Shown in pieces: positions 1 to 10,232 of a stretch of DNA of 64,000 nucleotides. The notes beneath the pieces are model-generated. The model was not told the DNA's origin. It was given only the letters and a program-made list of their open reading frames with translations, and did not search any database. The stretch lies in assembly GCA_002269645.1 (NCBI GenBank), contig NIVC01000697.1:210196-274195 (forward strand), given 5' to 3'. The stretch comes from Macrostomum lignano (taxonomy: Eukaryota). Position 1 is the first letter of the stretch. Each line of letters begins with the position of its first letter. Position numbers and translations under genes: made by a program.

Positions 1-157
1 CCAATCACTGGATTCACAAATGCCTAATGCTTCCCAATCACTGGATTCACAAATGCCTAATGCTTCCCAATCACAAGATTCACAAATGCCTAATGCTTCC
101 CAATCACAAGATACAAATGCCTAATGCTCCTCAATTACAAAATTCACAAATGCCTAG
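1..157. repeat. 33-bp minisatellite, ~4.5 copies
   Basis: Unit ccaatcactggattcacaaatgcctaatgcttc repeated from position 1, degenerating rightwards. Confidence 0.9.
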
Positions 158-280
158 GTTCACACATTAGAGTAATCCCAAGCAAGTTTGTCAAGCACAG
201 CTCCCTACTTATAAACTTATCCATAATATTTTTATTGAAGTAGAGTTAGTACTAGTCTTAAAAACACCTTCACATTGAAG

Positions 281-313
281 GCAGACGAAGCTGATTACGT
301 GGAAGGCGGCCAG
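281..313 (+). CDS. Candidate micro-exon of PIP5K insert region (ADEADYVEGGQ)
   Basis: AG at 279-280, open 33-nt frame, GTAATT donor at 314; phase 0 matches exon 6611. No homology evidence. Confidence 0.35.
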
Positions 314-765
314 GTAATTTGATTAGCTAATTTATTTAAAAGCAAAGTGTGCTTTAATGCTCATTACAAACATTACAGTTGCACAATTCATATCGCTTGA
401 GTTTGTTGACCTGGCACCTTACATCAATTGTTTTTTTGTGTTTGATTTTTCTATTGTTAATATCATGCCTAATATCATTCGTATGATTTCATTATTCATC
501 AGTAACACTGGCACCTGTTTGCGGGGGTCTTATCCAGATTTTTTACGACGATATATGTTAACTATTTTTAAACCTGCACAGTAGTAAATTTTGGGTCAAA
601 GTTGCCCTTAGCTTACCGAGCGCAGTTCGACGTGCGTTACGAAATATAATTGATATGTAGAGTGCCGATCAGTTTTCCGAATAGGAGCAAGAGCAGCTTT
701 GAAGTGCTCAAATTGCCTTCCCGCTGTCCGAATCTGTCAGATTTCTCTTGTCATAATATGACATG

Positions 766-1054
766 CATTCGCCGGAGCATTGCTCTTGTCCGAGTTTGTG
801 CTACCAGTTCATTCCATATGAACTATCCAGCATCCATACTGCCACATGGCAGGCTTGGGTACAATTACCGCACATACTGATATGTTGAATGGTTTTTTTG
901 AGATTAAAATGAGGCAGAAGCTTAAAAATTCTGACCATGCCAGCTATTCTCTACAAAAATTGAAATTGCCACAGCTACTGATTTCGAAACGACATCTCAA
1001 AATCGTCAAAAATATTGCGGACTAGATTTGTGACCTTCTTCTCAAAGCTGGTGT
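766..1054 (+). repeat. ~290-bp dispersed repeat, copy A
   Basis: cattcgccggagcattgctcttgtccgag...ctcaaagctggtgt recurs, diverged, at 6157-6454 in the same orientation. Confidence 0.9.
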
Positions 1055-1056
1055 AA

Positions 1057-1143
1057 GCAGCTGAGCGCCAGGCGAGAGCCTCATCTACCGAGCAGGCACG
1101 CGAAGTCAAGAAGCCACACTCGCCTGCCCTACAGGCACAAACA
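1057..1143 (+). mobile_element. Probable LTR-retrotransposon pol C-terminal tail, left part (interrupted by the LINE)
   Basis: Frame AAERQARASSTEQAREVKKPHSPALQAQT joins in frame to 5651-5809 when the LINE is removed. Confidence 0.45.
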
Positions 1144-1252
1144 CGGTGACTATTAAGGTGGGTCCAAACCAGTACGAGAAATCCCACTTCGATCAGCTTT
1201 AACAGATTCGCCCTGCGCACGACGACTTCAGATAGGAGAGTCGCGATGCTGA

Positions 1253-2195
1253 GGGAGTTGGAGTACCAAGTCTACCGAAGGCGGAGGCGACAGCTCGCCC
1301 AGTTTACAGCAACTGCATTGCGGCAAGTGCGATCGCAAGATCAGAGCCGGCCACAGCGGCACCCCGTGCGCACAATGTCACCGTGTCTTCCATCGCGCCT
1401 GCACGACCATCTCGCGCTGGAGACCTGCTGAAGGAGCTAGCTGGATATGCCAGCCCTGCGCCGCCAACAACAGAAGCAGAACAGCCGAAAACACCGGGGA
1501 GACAGAACCACCCCAACGGCCCAGCCTAGCCCGGAACAGTTCGGAGAGACCGCTCGCCGCTGCGAGGGCAGGCCGGTGTGCGGAATGCAAGAGATTCAGG
1601 AGGAGAGGACAAGGGGCTGAGTGCAAGAACTGCGGCAAGAAGGTTCACTGGTCCTGCTGCCACAGGACCTACACCCGGAGGCAAATCGAAGGTCTGAAAC
1701 ACCGGGGCTGGACATGCAACGAATGCGCCCACGAGGCCGCAGCCAAGCCGGAAGGCACAGCGCTCCCACCCCCACCACCCGCCGCTGGCCAGGCACAGAC
1801 AGCGGACGGACAACAGAGGCCGGCAGGGTGCAGCGGAGAGCCGAAGACCAGCAAGCTCACCATCATACAATGGAACTGTGACCACTTCAAGGCCAAGGAG
1901 CCGGAACTCAAAGAGCTCGTGAGGCAGCAAGATGCCGATGTCATTATGCTGCAAGAGAGCAAGCTGAAGGCCGAGGACGAGCTGCTAGCCTGGCCAGGCT
2001 ACACTGTGCTACGTGCGGACCGCAACCGGCACAGACAACACCACAGCGCGAGAGGGGGAGGCCTGGTGACCATCATCAGACACGGGCTGCGGTTCGAAAG
2101 GATACAGGCGCCAGTGACCAACTCGCCGCTAGAAATTCTAGGCGTCAGGCTATACTTTGAAGCAAACAGCGGGCAAGGTCTGGAAAAACTACATC
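1253..2195 (+). CDS. LINE ORF segment 1: two PHD fingers plus N-half of APE endonuclease
   Basis: Frame of track ORF 1919-2293 stays open upstream to a TGA at 1250-1252: CGKC..CAQC..FHRAC..WICQPC, then CAEC..CKNC..VHWSC..WTCNEC, then KLTIIQWNC. Confidence 0.85.
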
Positions 2196-2970
2196 CCGCC
2201 CCAAGCCACCTGCAACATGGCAGCAGCCGAGCTGGCGCAAATCCCAGGCGGCGAGAACCTGCTCTTGGCCGGCGACTGGAACGCACACCATGAGCTGTGG
2301 GACAACAACTCCCCCAGAGACAGGCGAGGCGAGGAGCTCGCCGACTGGATGGACGAGCAGATGTTAACGGCGCTGAACGATGGATCCACCACCCGAACCA
2401 GCTGGGACGGTGAACACAGGTCTTCGCCGGACGTGACCATAGTCCCGCAAGCGGAGCTAGACCAGTGGGAATGGCGGACAGCAAACAGGCTAAGCTCCGA
2501 CCACCTGCCGATCATCATCAGCCGCAGGGCAGAGAACGCAGACCCGGACCCCACCACCAGGAAGATCATGCGCTGGAACTGGAAGAAGGCGGACTGGCCG
2601 CTGTACCAGCGACTGGTCAGTGAGCACCTAAAGAGCGCGAACCTTATGGCTCTCAGCAACTCGGAGCATGAGGAACAGCTGCGAACGTGCCTGGTGAAGG
2701 CGGCCCGCACGGCTGTGGGCATGGTGGCCAGGAAAACCAGGAACGCTGAGTTCATCGACGAGGAAGTCCAGCTCCTGACGGCGGAGAGAGACAACATTAG
2801 AATGAGTGAGGGTATCGAGTCTGAGGACTGGAAGCACCTGGACCGGCAGATCAAGCAGAAACAGCAGGAGAATAAGAGGGAAAGATGGAGAGACAAGCTG
2901 GACAGCAATGCGACGGCGGACAAGATGTGGTCGCTGCTGAAGCAACTGAACGGCGCGGCGCCCCCCCCCC
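2157..2970 (+). CDS. LINE ORF segment 2: C-half of APE endonuclease and linker
   Basis: NYIPP, LLLAGDWNAHHELW, SSPDVT, SSDHLPI, RWNWKKADWPLY; entered by a frameshift near 2165-2195. Confidence 0.9.
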
Positions 2971-5613
2971 CAGAGCGGGGACCAGATCCTTGAGTACGAA
3001 GGCAAAAGGTACAAGTCGAACAGAGCCAAGGCCAACATCATTGCGAAAGTATACGCCAAGGTCAGCGCCACCACCGTTAGGGCCAGTCACAGATGGGCAC
3101 GCAGAGAAATTAATGCCCGGCTGAGACAAAGCGCCGCTACCCCCACCACCGAGGACTGTCAAGCCATGACCATGGACGAACTGCTAGCAGCGCTGCAAAG
3201 CATGGACGCCAACAGAGCCGCCGGAATGGACGGACTGCACCCGAAGCTGCTGAAGGCGCTCCCCCGAGAAGCGCTCCAAGAGGTCCTGAAGCTGTTTAAC
3301 CGGTTGTATGACTGCGGCTTCACGCCGCAGAACTGGCGCACGGCCCGCATCATACCTCTACTTAAGAGCGGAAAGCCCGCCAAGGACATAGGATCCTACC
3401 GCCCGGTTAGCCTAACCTCCAGCTTAGGTAAGTGGATGGAACGGGTGCTTGCGAACCGAATCAAACATGTTCTGGAGTCCACCGGCGGTCTCAGCGAAGC
3501 GCAAGCGGGGTTCAAAGGGGGCAGGTCCACGGAGGATCAACTGCTCCGGCTGTCCCAATCGATTGACGACGCTTTCCAAGAGCGAAAACTAACGGTCCTG
3601 GCGCTGTTCGACTTTGCGCGCGCGTTCGACAAGGTTTGGCGCGACGGGCTGCTGATCAAACTGCTTAACGCTGGCATTGGCCCAAAAACGGTCAGATGGA
3701 TACAGAGCTGGCTAGCGAACAGGCTGGCGTGCGTCCGGGTCGGCGACGTGGACAGCAAGCGGGAACTTTTCCAGCAAGGGCTGCCGCAGGGATCCGTGCT
3801 TTCGCCGCTGCTCTTCATCGTCTTCATCGATGACCTTCTCAGGCAACTTGACGCTATCCCGGACCTGCAGGTGAGTGGCTATGCGGACGATCTAGCCACC
3901 TGGACCAGCAGCAGAAGAGTAGCGGAGGCCTTATCCACCCAGCAGAAGGCGGTCGACACCCTGGAAGCTTGGAGCAAAGCATGGCTGCTACCGGTTGCCA
4001 CGGGGAAATGCTCGCTCACCCTCTTCTCCAGCGACCCGGCGATGACCCCGCAGAGGGCCGGTGCCACGAACGTTGTGCTTCAAGGGCAGACGATGCAATG
4101 GGTTGAGCAGCCCAAGTTCCTCGGGCTTACGTTTGACAGACAGCTGAGGTTCACAGCGCACGCTGACAATGTGATCCACAGCTGCCGGAACCGCCTCAAC
4201 CTAATGCGGCGCCTCGCGGGCAGCTCCTGGGGCTGGCAGGCCGAGCTGATCCGCAACACCTACGTTGCCCTCATCCGGAGCAAGATGCTGTATGGGCCCT
4301 GCGCCTGGATGCCGTGGCTCACTTGCGCGGCCTGGCGTAAGCTCGAAATGGTGCAGCACAGCGCGGAGCGCATCATTACCGGCGCGGTCGCCACCACCCC
4401 GGTTGAGGCCCTACGCTGCGAAAGCGGGATGATGTCGATCCGGGAGCAGAGCGAGGTGATATGGAGCGCAAAACTGGACCGATGGCTCAGGCTCGAGCAC
4501 AGCTCGCCAAGATACCGTCTCGGCACCCAGCAGACCCGGCAAAGGCTGAAGAGGCTGGGCTGGAGAGCCCAAGCCAGGAAGGGTCTCGCCAACACCGGTC
4601 TAGCCGAGGTGGCCAGGCTCGAGGACATGTCGGACCTCCCCCCGTGGCAGAGTTGGAGAGATAACATCAGCTTCCTCGTCTCCACCGACGATGCCAGGAA
4701 AGAGTCGCGCGCCGGAAACCTTGAGATGGCCCAAGCGAAGATCAACCAGGCCAGCCCAGACCCGGACATCACTATCTTCACGGACGGATCGGTGCGGAGG
4801 GAGGGCGGCGGCAGCGGTGCGGTCATCTATCGGAGCCGGCGTCTAACAGGAGAGCAGGTCGGAGATCAGATCAGCCTCCGGAGGGCAGCCGGGCAGCCGG
4901 CCTCCTCGCTGCAAGCCGAGCTCACCGCCCTAGAGCTAGCGGTGGAATGGCTCAGCGAGCAGCCGGCGTGGAGAACAGCGCTAATCGCATCTGACAGCAA
5001 GAGTGGGCTCCTCGCAGTGCAGGGCCGAGGCCGCAATCCGATCGCGACAAAGATCCGCCAGCTGCTCTCGAGGACCTGCCAGACCGGACGAGAGATTGCG
5101 CTCTGCTGGACGCCGGCCCACTGCGGTCTGGAAGGCAACGAGGCCGCGGACGAAGTGGCCGGTGGCGCGACGGCACTGCCGCAGGCGGAGGCCGGAGTGC
5201 TGGCGAGCGTTGTCCGCAGACGGCTGGCAGCCGTGGCGAAGGCGGCAAGCCAGAACAGCAGGCACTGGTCGCACGAAAGATCGAAAGACACCTATGGCCA
5301 CCTCGGTACGGCCAGGCACCCAGCCCACAAGAACAGGGCGGAGGCGGTTAGCTTTATTCGATTCCGCACGGGCCACTCGCTGGAGCTGAGGGCCTACTGC
5401 CGGCGGATAGGCAGAACCACCGACGCAATGTGCCCGGCGTGCGGGACCGAAGAAGAAACGGTCGAACATGTGAGCAGTCAGTGCCCGGCCACGGAGATCA
5501 GGCGAAGGCTGGACGGGCCCACGGAGCTGCACCACCTCAACGAGCATCCAGAGGAGGCGCTCCGGTACTGGGCCTGGTACCGTACCAAGTGGAAAGAGAA
5601 CGATGCAAACTAG
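2971..5613 (+). CDS. LINE ORF segment 3: reverse transcriptase, RNase H, C-terminal Zn knuckle
   Basis: The 815-aa track ORF extends upstream in frame (QSGDQILEYEGKRYKSNRAKANIIAKVYAKVS) to the poly-C run at ~2960-2971; stop TAG 5611-5613. Confidence 0.95.
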   Translation, partial: QSGDQILEYEGKRYKSNRAKANIIAKVYAKVSATTVRASHRWARREINARLRQSAATPTTEDCQAMTMDELLAALQSMDANRAAGMDGLHPKLLKALPREALQEVLKLFNRLYDCGFTPQNWRTARIIPLLKSGKPAKDIGSYRPVSLTSSLGKWMERVLANRIKHVLESTGGLSEAQAGFKGGRSTEDQLLRLSQSIDDAFQERKLTVLALFDFARAFDKVWRDGLLIKLLNAGIGPKTVRWIQSWLANRLACVRVGDVDSKRELFQQGLPQGSVLSPLLFIVFIDDLLRQLDAIPDLQVSGYADDLATWTSSRRVAEALSTQQKAVDTLEAWSKAWLLPVATGKCSLTLFSSDPAMTPQRAGATNVVLQGQTMQWVEQPKFLGLTFDRQLRFTAHADNVIHSCRNRLNLMRRLAGSSWGWQAELIRNTYVALIRSKMLYGPCAWMPWLTCAAWRKLEMVQHSAERIITGAVATTPVEALRCESGMMSIREQSEVIWSAKLDRWLRLEHSSPRYRLGTQQTRQRLKRLGWRAQARKGLANTGLAEVARLEDMSDLPPWQSWRDNISFLVSTDDARKESRAGNLEMAQAKINQASPDPDITIFTDGSVRREGGGSGAVIYRSRRLTGEQVGDQISLRRAAGQPASSLQAELTALELAVEWLSEQPAWRTALIASDSKSGLLAVQGRGRNPIATKIRQLLSRTCQTGREIALCWTPAHCGLEGNEAADEVAGGATALPQAEAGVLASVVRRRLAAVAKAASQNSRHWSHERSKDTYGHLGTARHPAHKNRAEAVSFIRFRTGHSLELRAYCRRIGRTTDAMCPACGTEEETVEHVSSQCPATEIRRRLDGPTELHHLNEHPEEALRYWAWYRTKWKENDAN

Positions 5614-5650
5614 GATGTTCGCGCCTTCAGCGCAAACAACAACAACAACA

Positions 5651-5960
5651 GCAACTGCAGCGGAAACACAGGCTGATACACCACCACCACACAACCCAAG
5701 CGATGACATTTGGCAACAAGCTCCGGTGCAACAGCAGACTCCACCAGTGCCGGTCGTTCGCAAAAGCCTTCGTTTGCAGGACAAACCGCGTGTGAACTAC
5801 AAGAAGTAGACTTAAATTTGAAGGCGGTGAAGGAGCCGAGAGTCAAGTACCATGAGCGATTTTTTGACAGATAGCACACTCACACTCATCTGACATGTAT
5901 TAAAGGATCGAAGTTTTGTGGCACTGGTGACTAATAAGAGCGTACTACGTTATATTATTG
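5651..5960 (+). mobile_element. Probable LTR-retrotransposon remnant: integrase C-tail, polypurine tract, possible short LTR
   Basis: ...PVPVVRKSLRLQDKPRVNYKK* resembles Gypsy/BEL integrase C-termini; purine-rich gaaggcgg is followed by TG at 5828 and an ATTAAA near 5900. Confidence 0.45.
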
Positions 5961-6156
5961 TAAGACATTTCCCATACACATGCTGGGAGACTCGCTCTTT
6001 ATAGGTATGGGCTTGAAGCCAGAGATCACTAGCTAAATAATACACAAGCGCATTGGAGAGCCAAGAGCTCATATAGAGTTTCGAACTCGCAGTAGTTTGT
6101 GTCTCACGACTTCAATTTGGTTCATCAAAGAACCAGAGAACACAACATAAGCCATA

Positions 6157-6454
6157 CATTCGCCGGAGCATTGCTCTTGTCCGAGTTTGTGCTTCCAGGT
6201 CATTCCATATGAACTATCCAGCATCCATACTGCCACATGGCGGGGTTGGATACAATTACCGCACATACTGATGATATGTTAAATGGTCTTTTTTGAAGTT
6301 AAAATGAGGCAGAGGCTTAAAAACTCCATAACTCCATGCCAGCTATTCTCTACAAAAATTGAAATTGCCACAAGCTACTGATTTCGAAACGACACCTCAA
6401 AATCGTCAAAAATATTGTGGACTAGAGTTGTGACTTTCTTCTCAAAGCTGGTGT
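6157..6454 (+). repeat. ~290-bp dispersed repeat, copy B
   Basis: Diverged direct copy of 766-1054. Confidence 0.9.
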
Positions 6455-6610
6455 TCACTTCGTCATGCCGCAGGCACTCGCCAAGCCATTCTTACTTAAA
6501 AGTACAAAAATTCGGCAGCTTTGAAGCAGGAAATATTATTTTAAAAAGAGTCCACTATCAAAGAACTCTTCGGTTGCTGTATAGAAATTGAATCCTCCGA
6601 AATCTTACAG

Positions 6611-6755
6611 GAGGCTAGCGGTCTGCTTAGTGGCAGGCACACAGCTGCAGCAGCCGCCAGTTCATCGCAGGACCCTGTATCCTTCGAGATGGAAACCGCA
6701 GCCGCGGCTGGAGGCTCTACTTCAGCTGGAGTCGAAAACCGAACCTCTGGTCAAG
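6611..6755 (+). CDS. PIP5K1: PIP5K exon, low-complexity kinase insert
   Basis: ttacag acceptor, open frame EASGLLSGRHTAAAA...RTSGQ, GTTTGT donor; phase 1 matches exon 7704. Confidence 0.6.
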
Positions 6756-6885
6756 GTTTGTTGCCTCCCATTTGTCACCATGCAGCACAAAGTTCACCAC
6801 ATGTACATATGTACATATGCATTCCTTACTCTGACAGACTCCATTGGCTACGTCCATCACTGCCTCTACTAAGTACATTCCCAGA

Positions 6886-7639
6886 GCCCACTGTCTAAGT
6901 ACACTACTCACAGCCACCACTGTCTGAGTACACTACTCACAGCCACCACTGTCTGAGTACACTACTCACAGCCACCACTGTCTGAGTACACTACTCACAA
7001 CCAATACTGTCTGAGTACACTACTCACAGCCACCACTGTCTAAGTACACTACTCACAACCACCACTGTCTGAGTACACTACTCACAGCCACCACTGTCTG
7101 AGTACACTATTCACAGCCACCACTATCTGAGTACACTACTCACAGCCACCACTGTCTGAGTACATTACTCACAGCCACCACTGAGTACATTACTCACGGC
7201 CACCACTGTGTGAGTACACTACTCAAAGCCACCACTGTCTAAGTACACTACTCACGTACAGCCACCACTGTCTGAGTACACTACTCACAGCCACCACTGT
7301 CTAAGTACACTACTCGCAGCCACCACTGTCTAAGTACACTATTCACAGCCACCACTATCTGAGTACACTACTCGCAGCCACCACTGTCTAAGTACACTAT
7401 TCACAGCCACCACTATCTGAGTACACTACTCACAGCCACCACTGTCTAAGTACACTACTCACAGCCACCACTGTCTAAGTACACTATTCACAGCCACCAC
7501 TGTCTAAGTACACTACTCACGTACAGCCACCACTGTCTAAGTACACTACTCACAGCCACCACTGTCTAAGTACACTACTCACAGCCACCACTGTCTAAGT
7601 ACACTACTCACAGCAACCACTGTCTGAGTACACTACTCA
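6886..7639. repeat. 29-bp minisatellite, ~26 copies
   Basis: Unit cagccaccactgtctgagtacactactca. Confidence 0.95.
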
Positions 7640-7703
7640 TTTGTCAATGCTTTGAATTATTTGTGACTTTTCATAGCTTAAAAAAGCGATAAAAACACTT
7701 CAG

Positions 7704-7827
7704 TCGGCCTGCAGCGTGGCCTGAGTGTCAAGCGAATCTCCCTATTCAATACGCCAATTGAGTCTATCAACGCCGAACGGGCTCGCGATCCAGTAGACAT
7801 GCAGCTCGACGAAGAGGCCTTATTCAC
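7704..7827 (+). CDS. PIP5K1: PIP5K exon (VGLQRGLSVKRISLFNTPIESINAERARDPVDMQLDEEALFT)
   Basis: Resembles the ALYSTAMESIQ segment of type I PIP5K; GTGAGC donor at 7828; acceptor position uncertain. Confidence 0.75.
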
Positions 7828-7923
7828 GTGAGCTATCTTCGCGTGCCGATATGTAGCGTAATTAACTTTATATTGACAGGGTAGCTATAATAAAAATATT
7901 GCTAACAAATGCATGGGATGCAG

Positions 7924-8056
7924 GTCGGGCGGAATTCCGGCTAAAAACAGCCACGGCGACCGGCTGTTCCTATTCACCGGAATTATCGACATTCTGCAGA
8001 GCTATCGCCTGTTTAAAAAGATGGAACACGCCATGAAGTCTATTATTACTGACGGG
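7924..8056 (+). CDS. PIP5K1: PIP5K type I catalytic C-lobe exon
   Basis: [43 protein letters not shown] matches the [18 protein letters not shown] motif; canonical splice sites. Confidence 0.95.
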
Positions 8057-8208
8057 GTGAGCTTCTGTTTTACCTGGGCTATTCATTGCTTCTGTTCTGT
8101 TCCATAGTTTGGTGATGATTTGTTTGTATCTGATTGAGTTTGTCAGTCTGTGTGTCTTTCTGTCTGCTTGTGTCCATCAGTGTCTTACTGATCAGTGTCT
8201 GTCTATGC

Positions 8209-8530
8209 CACATATACTAGGTGGGTCACTCAGCACATTTGCGTGTACATGTAAGCTACTTTTAGTTAAGTAGTAATTTAAACTGAAGCATTTTAATGTA
8301 TTTTTAAAGCCAAGACTCATTTATTGGCTCTTAAGCCCCCACCTTCTAGCTTAAACCCTCCAACCGCGCCTTTCCACACTACCCCCGCCCCAATTTTTGT
8401 CTTTCTCGGAATTCCAGCCTAAAGCTGCCAGGTACATTTCAGTGGACTGGCTAATGTACATTATGTCTGAACCAATTAGCAAGTTGTTTACGCCTGCAAG
8501 CGGCCATCAAGTTAATTTAGTGTATCCGTG
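8209..8530. mobile_element. Non-autonomous TIR element, 322-bp internally deleted copy, 8-bp TSD
   Basis: Inverted copy of 59110-59542; flanks gtctatgc (8201-8208) and gcctatgc (8531-8538). Confidence 0.75.
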
Positions 8531-8606
8531 GCCTATGCTAGTACTCGTACTTGTCGCAGTAACAGTTGCACCAGTTCGCTCCGTTCCCCGCTGAACCCGC
8601 CCGCAG

Positions 8607-8697
8607 GACACGGTCAGCGTGCACAACCCGCGCTTCTACTCTGACCGGTTTCAACTGTTCCTCAAAACTGAAGTGTTCAAAAAGCAGCCCGATGCGT
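8607..8697 (+). CDS. PIP5K1: PIP5K exon (DTVSVHNPRFYSDRFQLFLKTEVFKKQPDA)
   Basis: Matches the DTVSVHRP.FYA.RF activation-loop/C-terminal motif; cag acceptor, GTGAGT donor. Confidence 0.95.
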
Positions 8698-9344
8698 GTG
8701 AGTCTCTGTCTATTGCATTGCAGCTATAAATTAGTTTGCTTTGCTTTGCTATAAAATTATGAATGATTCCAGGTAATTTCTTTGGTTTCATTGCATGCAA
8801 AATTTATATTTGCAATTCCTAAAATATAGTGGAAAGGAAAGGACTCTATGAATTTTATTCATTTTCTTCTAGGAGTTTTAACTGGGCTTGACCGAAGGTA
8901 ATTTTTGTTAGTCAAGTTATCTTTGTTGAAATCGTTTAATTAACACATTCTATTCCGTATCGTTTTGTGAGTGAATACAACTGTTAAAATGTGTGATAAG
9001 GTCAAGATATTCGGAACTGGTGATCAAGAACCTCTGATTTATGTATTGTACTTGTTTAACCCTCGGTTTCTTATCTGTGTATCCCATTTTTATAATCAGC
9101 TCAGTGGGTTTCCTATGGGTTTCTGTTTTTGATTTTTTATTGCACGTTTACAACTTAAAATTTCAATTCCTGTTTCTTTTTGGCAATTCTTGCAATTTTC
9201 AATGAGATTGATATCATTGCCATCTTTTTTTGCAATGTGAATTAGGCAATGTTAAATCTGTATGGGGCGATGTACTCTTCTTGGGGGAACAGATAAAACT
9301 CTTTGTGGACAACGTACATCCTAGACTGGGAAAGGCAGATAAAA

Positions 9345-9945
9345 TGGTTTTAATTGGTTTGTGGGCAATGTACACTCGAGACGAGACTGGTGGCAGATAA
9401 AATAGTTTTAATTGGCTTGTGGGCAATGTACACTCTAGACTCTGGAATGCAGATATTGGCTTGTGGGCAATGTACACTCGAGACTGGTGGCAGATAAAAT
9501 AGTTTTAATTGGCTTGTGGGCAATGTACACTCTAGACTCTGGAATGCAGATATTGGCTTGTGGGCAATGTACACTCGAGACTGGTGGCAGATAAAATAGT
9601 TTTAATTGGCTTGTAGGCAATGTACACTCTAGACTGTGGAATGCAGATATTGGTTTGTGGGCAATGTACACTCTAGACTGTGGAATGCAGATATTGGTTT
9701 GTGGGCAATGTCCACTCTAGACTGTGGAATGCAGATATTGGCTTGTGGGCAATGTCCACTCTAGACTGTGGAATGCAGATATTGGCTTGTGGGCAATGTC
9801 CACTCTAGACTGTGGAATGCAGATATTGGCTTGTGGGCAATGTACACTCTAGACTGTGGAATGCAGATATTGGTTTGTGGGCAATGTCCACTCTAGACTG
9901 TGGAATGCAGATATTGGCTTGTGGGCAATGTACACTCTAGACTGA
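9345..9945. repeat. 44-bp minisatellite with composite variants
   Basis: Unit ttggcttgtgggcaatgtacactctagactgtggaatgcagata. Confidence 0.95.
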
Positions 9946-10151
9946 AGTAGCAAATAATATTGTTTTTATAAGATGTTTGAGTGTTGTAAATAACAGATGT
10001 CGTAATTTTAGGTAGGACTGCTGATTATAGTTGTTCAATATGATTTTAGGAGGTGCTTATTAAAAATTTCAAAAGGCTTCTAGTTTTTTAAATAAATATT
10101 CTAATTGACTCGAAAATAATTGTTTCATTCTTTGAAAAATCACACACAAAG

Positions 10152-10232
10152 CTGAGCCACAAGAGTCGCTGTCGCAGTCGCTGCTGCCACCGCGTCAGAG
10201 CAGCTTCAAATTTCGTCGCACGGCAAGTCTGG
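10152..10232 (+). CDS. PIP5K1: PIP5K C-terminal tail exon (EPQESLSQSLLPPRQSSFKFRRTASL)
   Basis: Phase-1 compatible with exon 8607-8697; GTAGGT donor. Confidence 0.6.

Larger units (their letters stand above)
1144..5650 (+). mobile_element. Ingi/I-group non-LTR retrotransposon (PHD-PHD-APE-RT-RNase H-Zn knuckle), near full length, 2 frameshifts
   Basis: APE motifs IIQWNC, VIMLQE, LAGDWNAHH, SPDVT, SDHLPI; RT motifs QAGF, LPQGSVLSPLLF, YADD, KFLG; RNase H motifs IFTDGS, ELTAL, SDSKS, WTPAHCGLEGNEAAD; C-terminal CPACG..EH...QCP; (CAA)n tail at ~5633-5650. Confidence 0.93.

Noticed and set aside
766-1054. Direct repeats as LTRs of an element containing the RT
   Set aside because: No TG...CA termini, PBS or adjacent PPT; the RT is non-LTR type with an APE domain and a (CAA)n tail.
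1066-1130. caggcgag/ctcgcctg stem as P1 of an HDV-like ribozyme
   Set aside because: No P3/L3/P1.1 elements in the required order, and it lies upstream of the inferred LINE 5' junction.
2189-5784. Antisense and alternate-frame ORFs over the LINE
   Set aside because: Shadow ORFs expected in GC-rich coding sequence; no recognisable domains.
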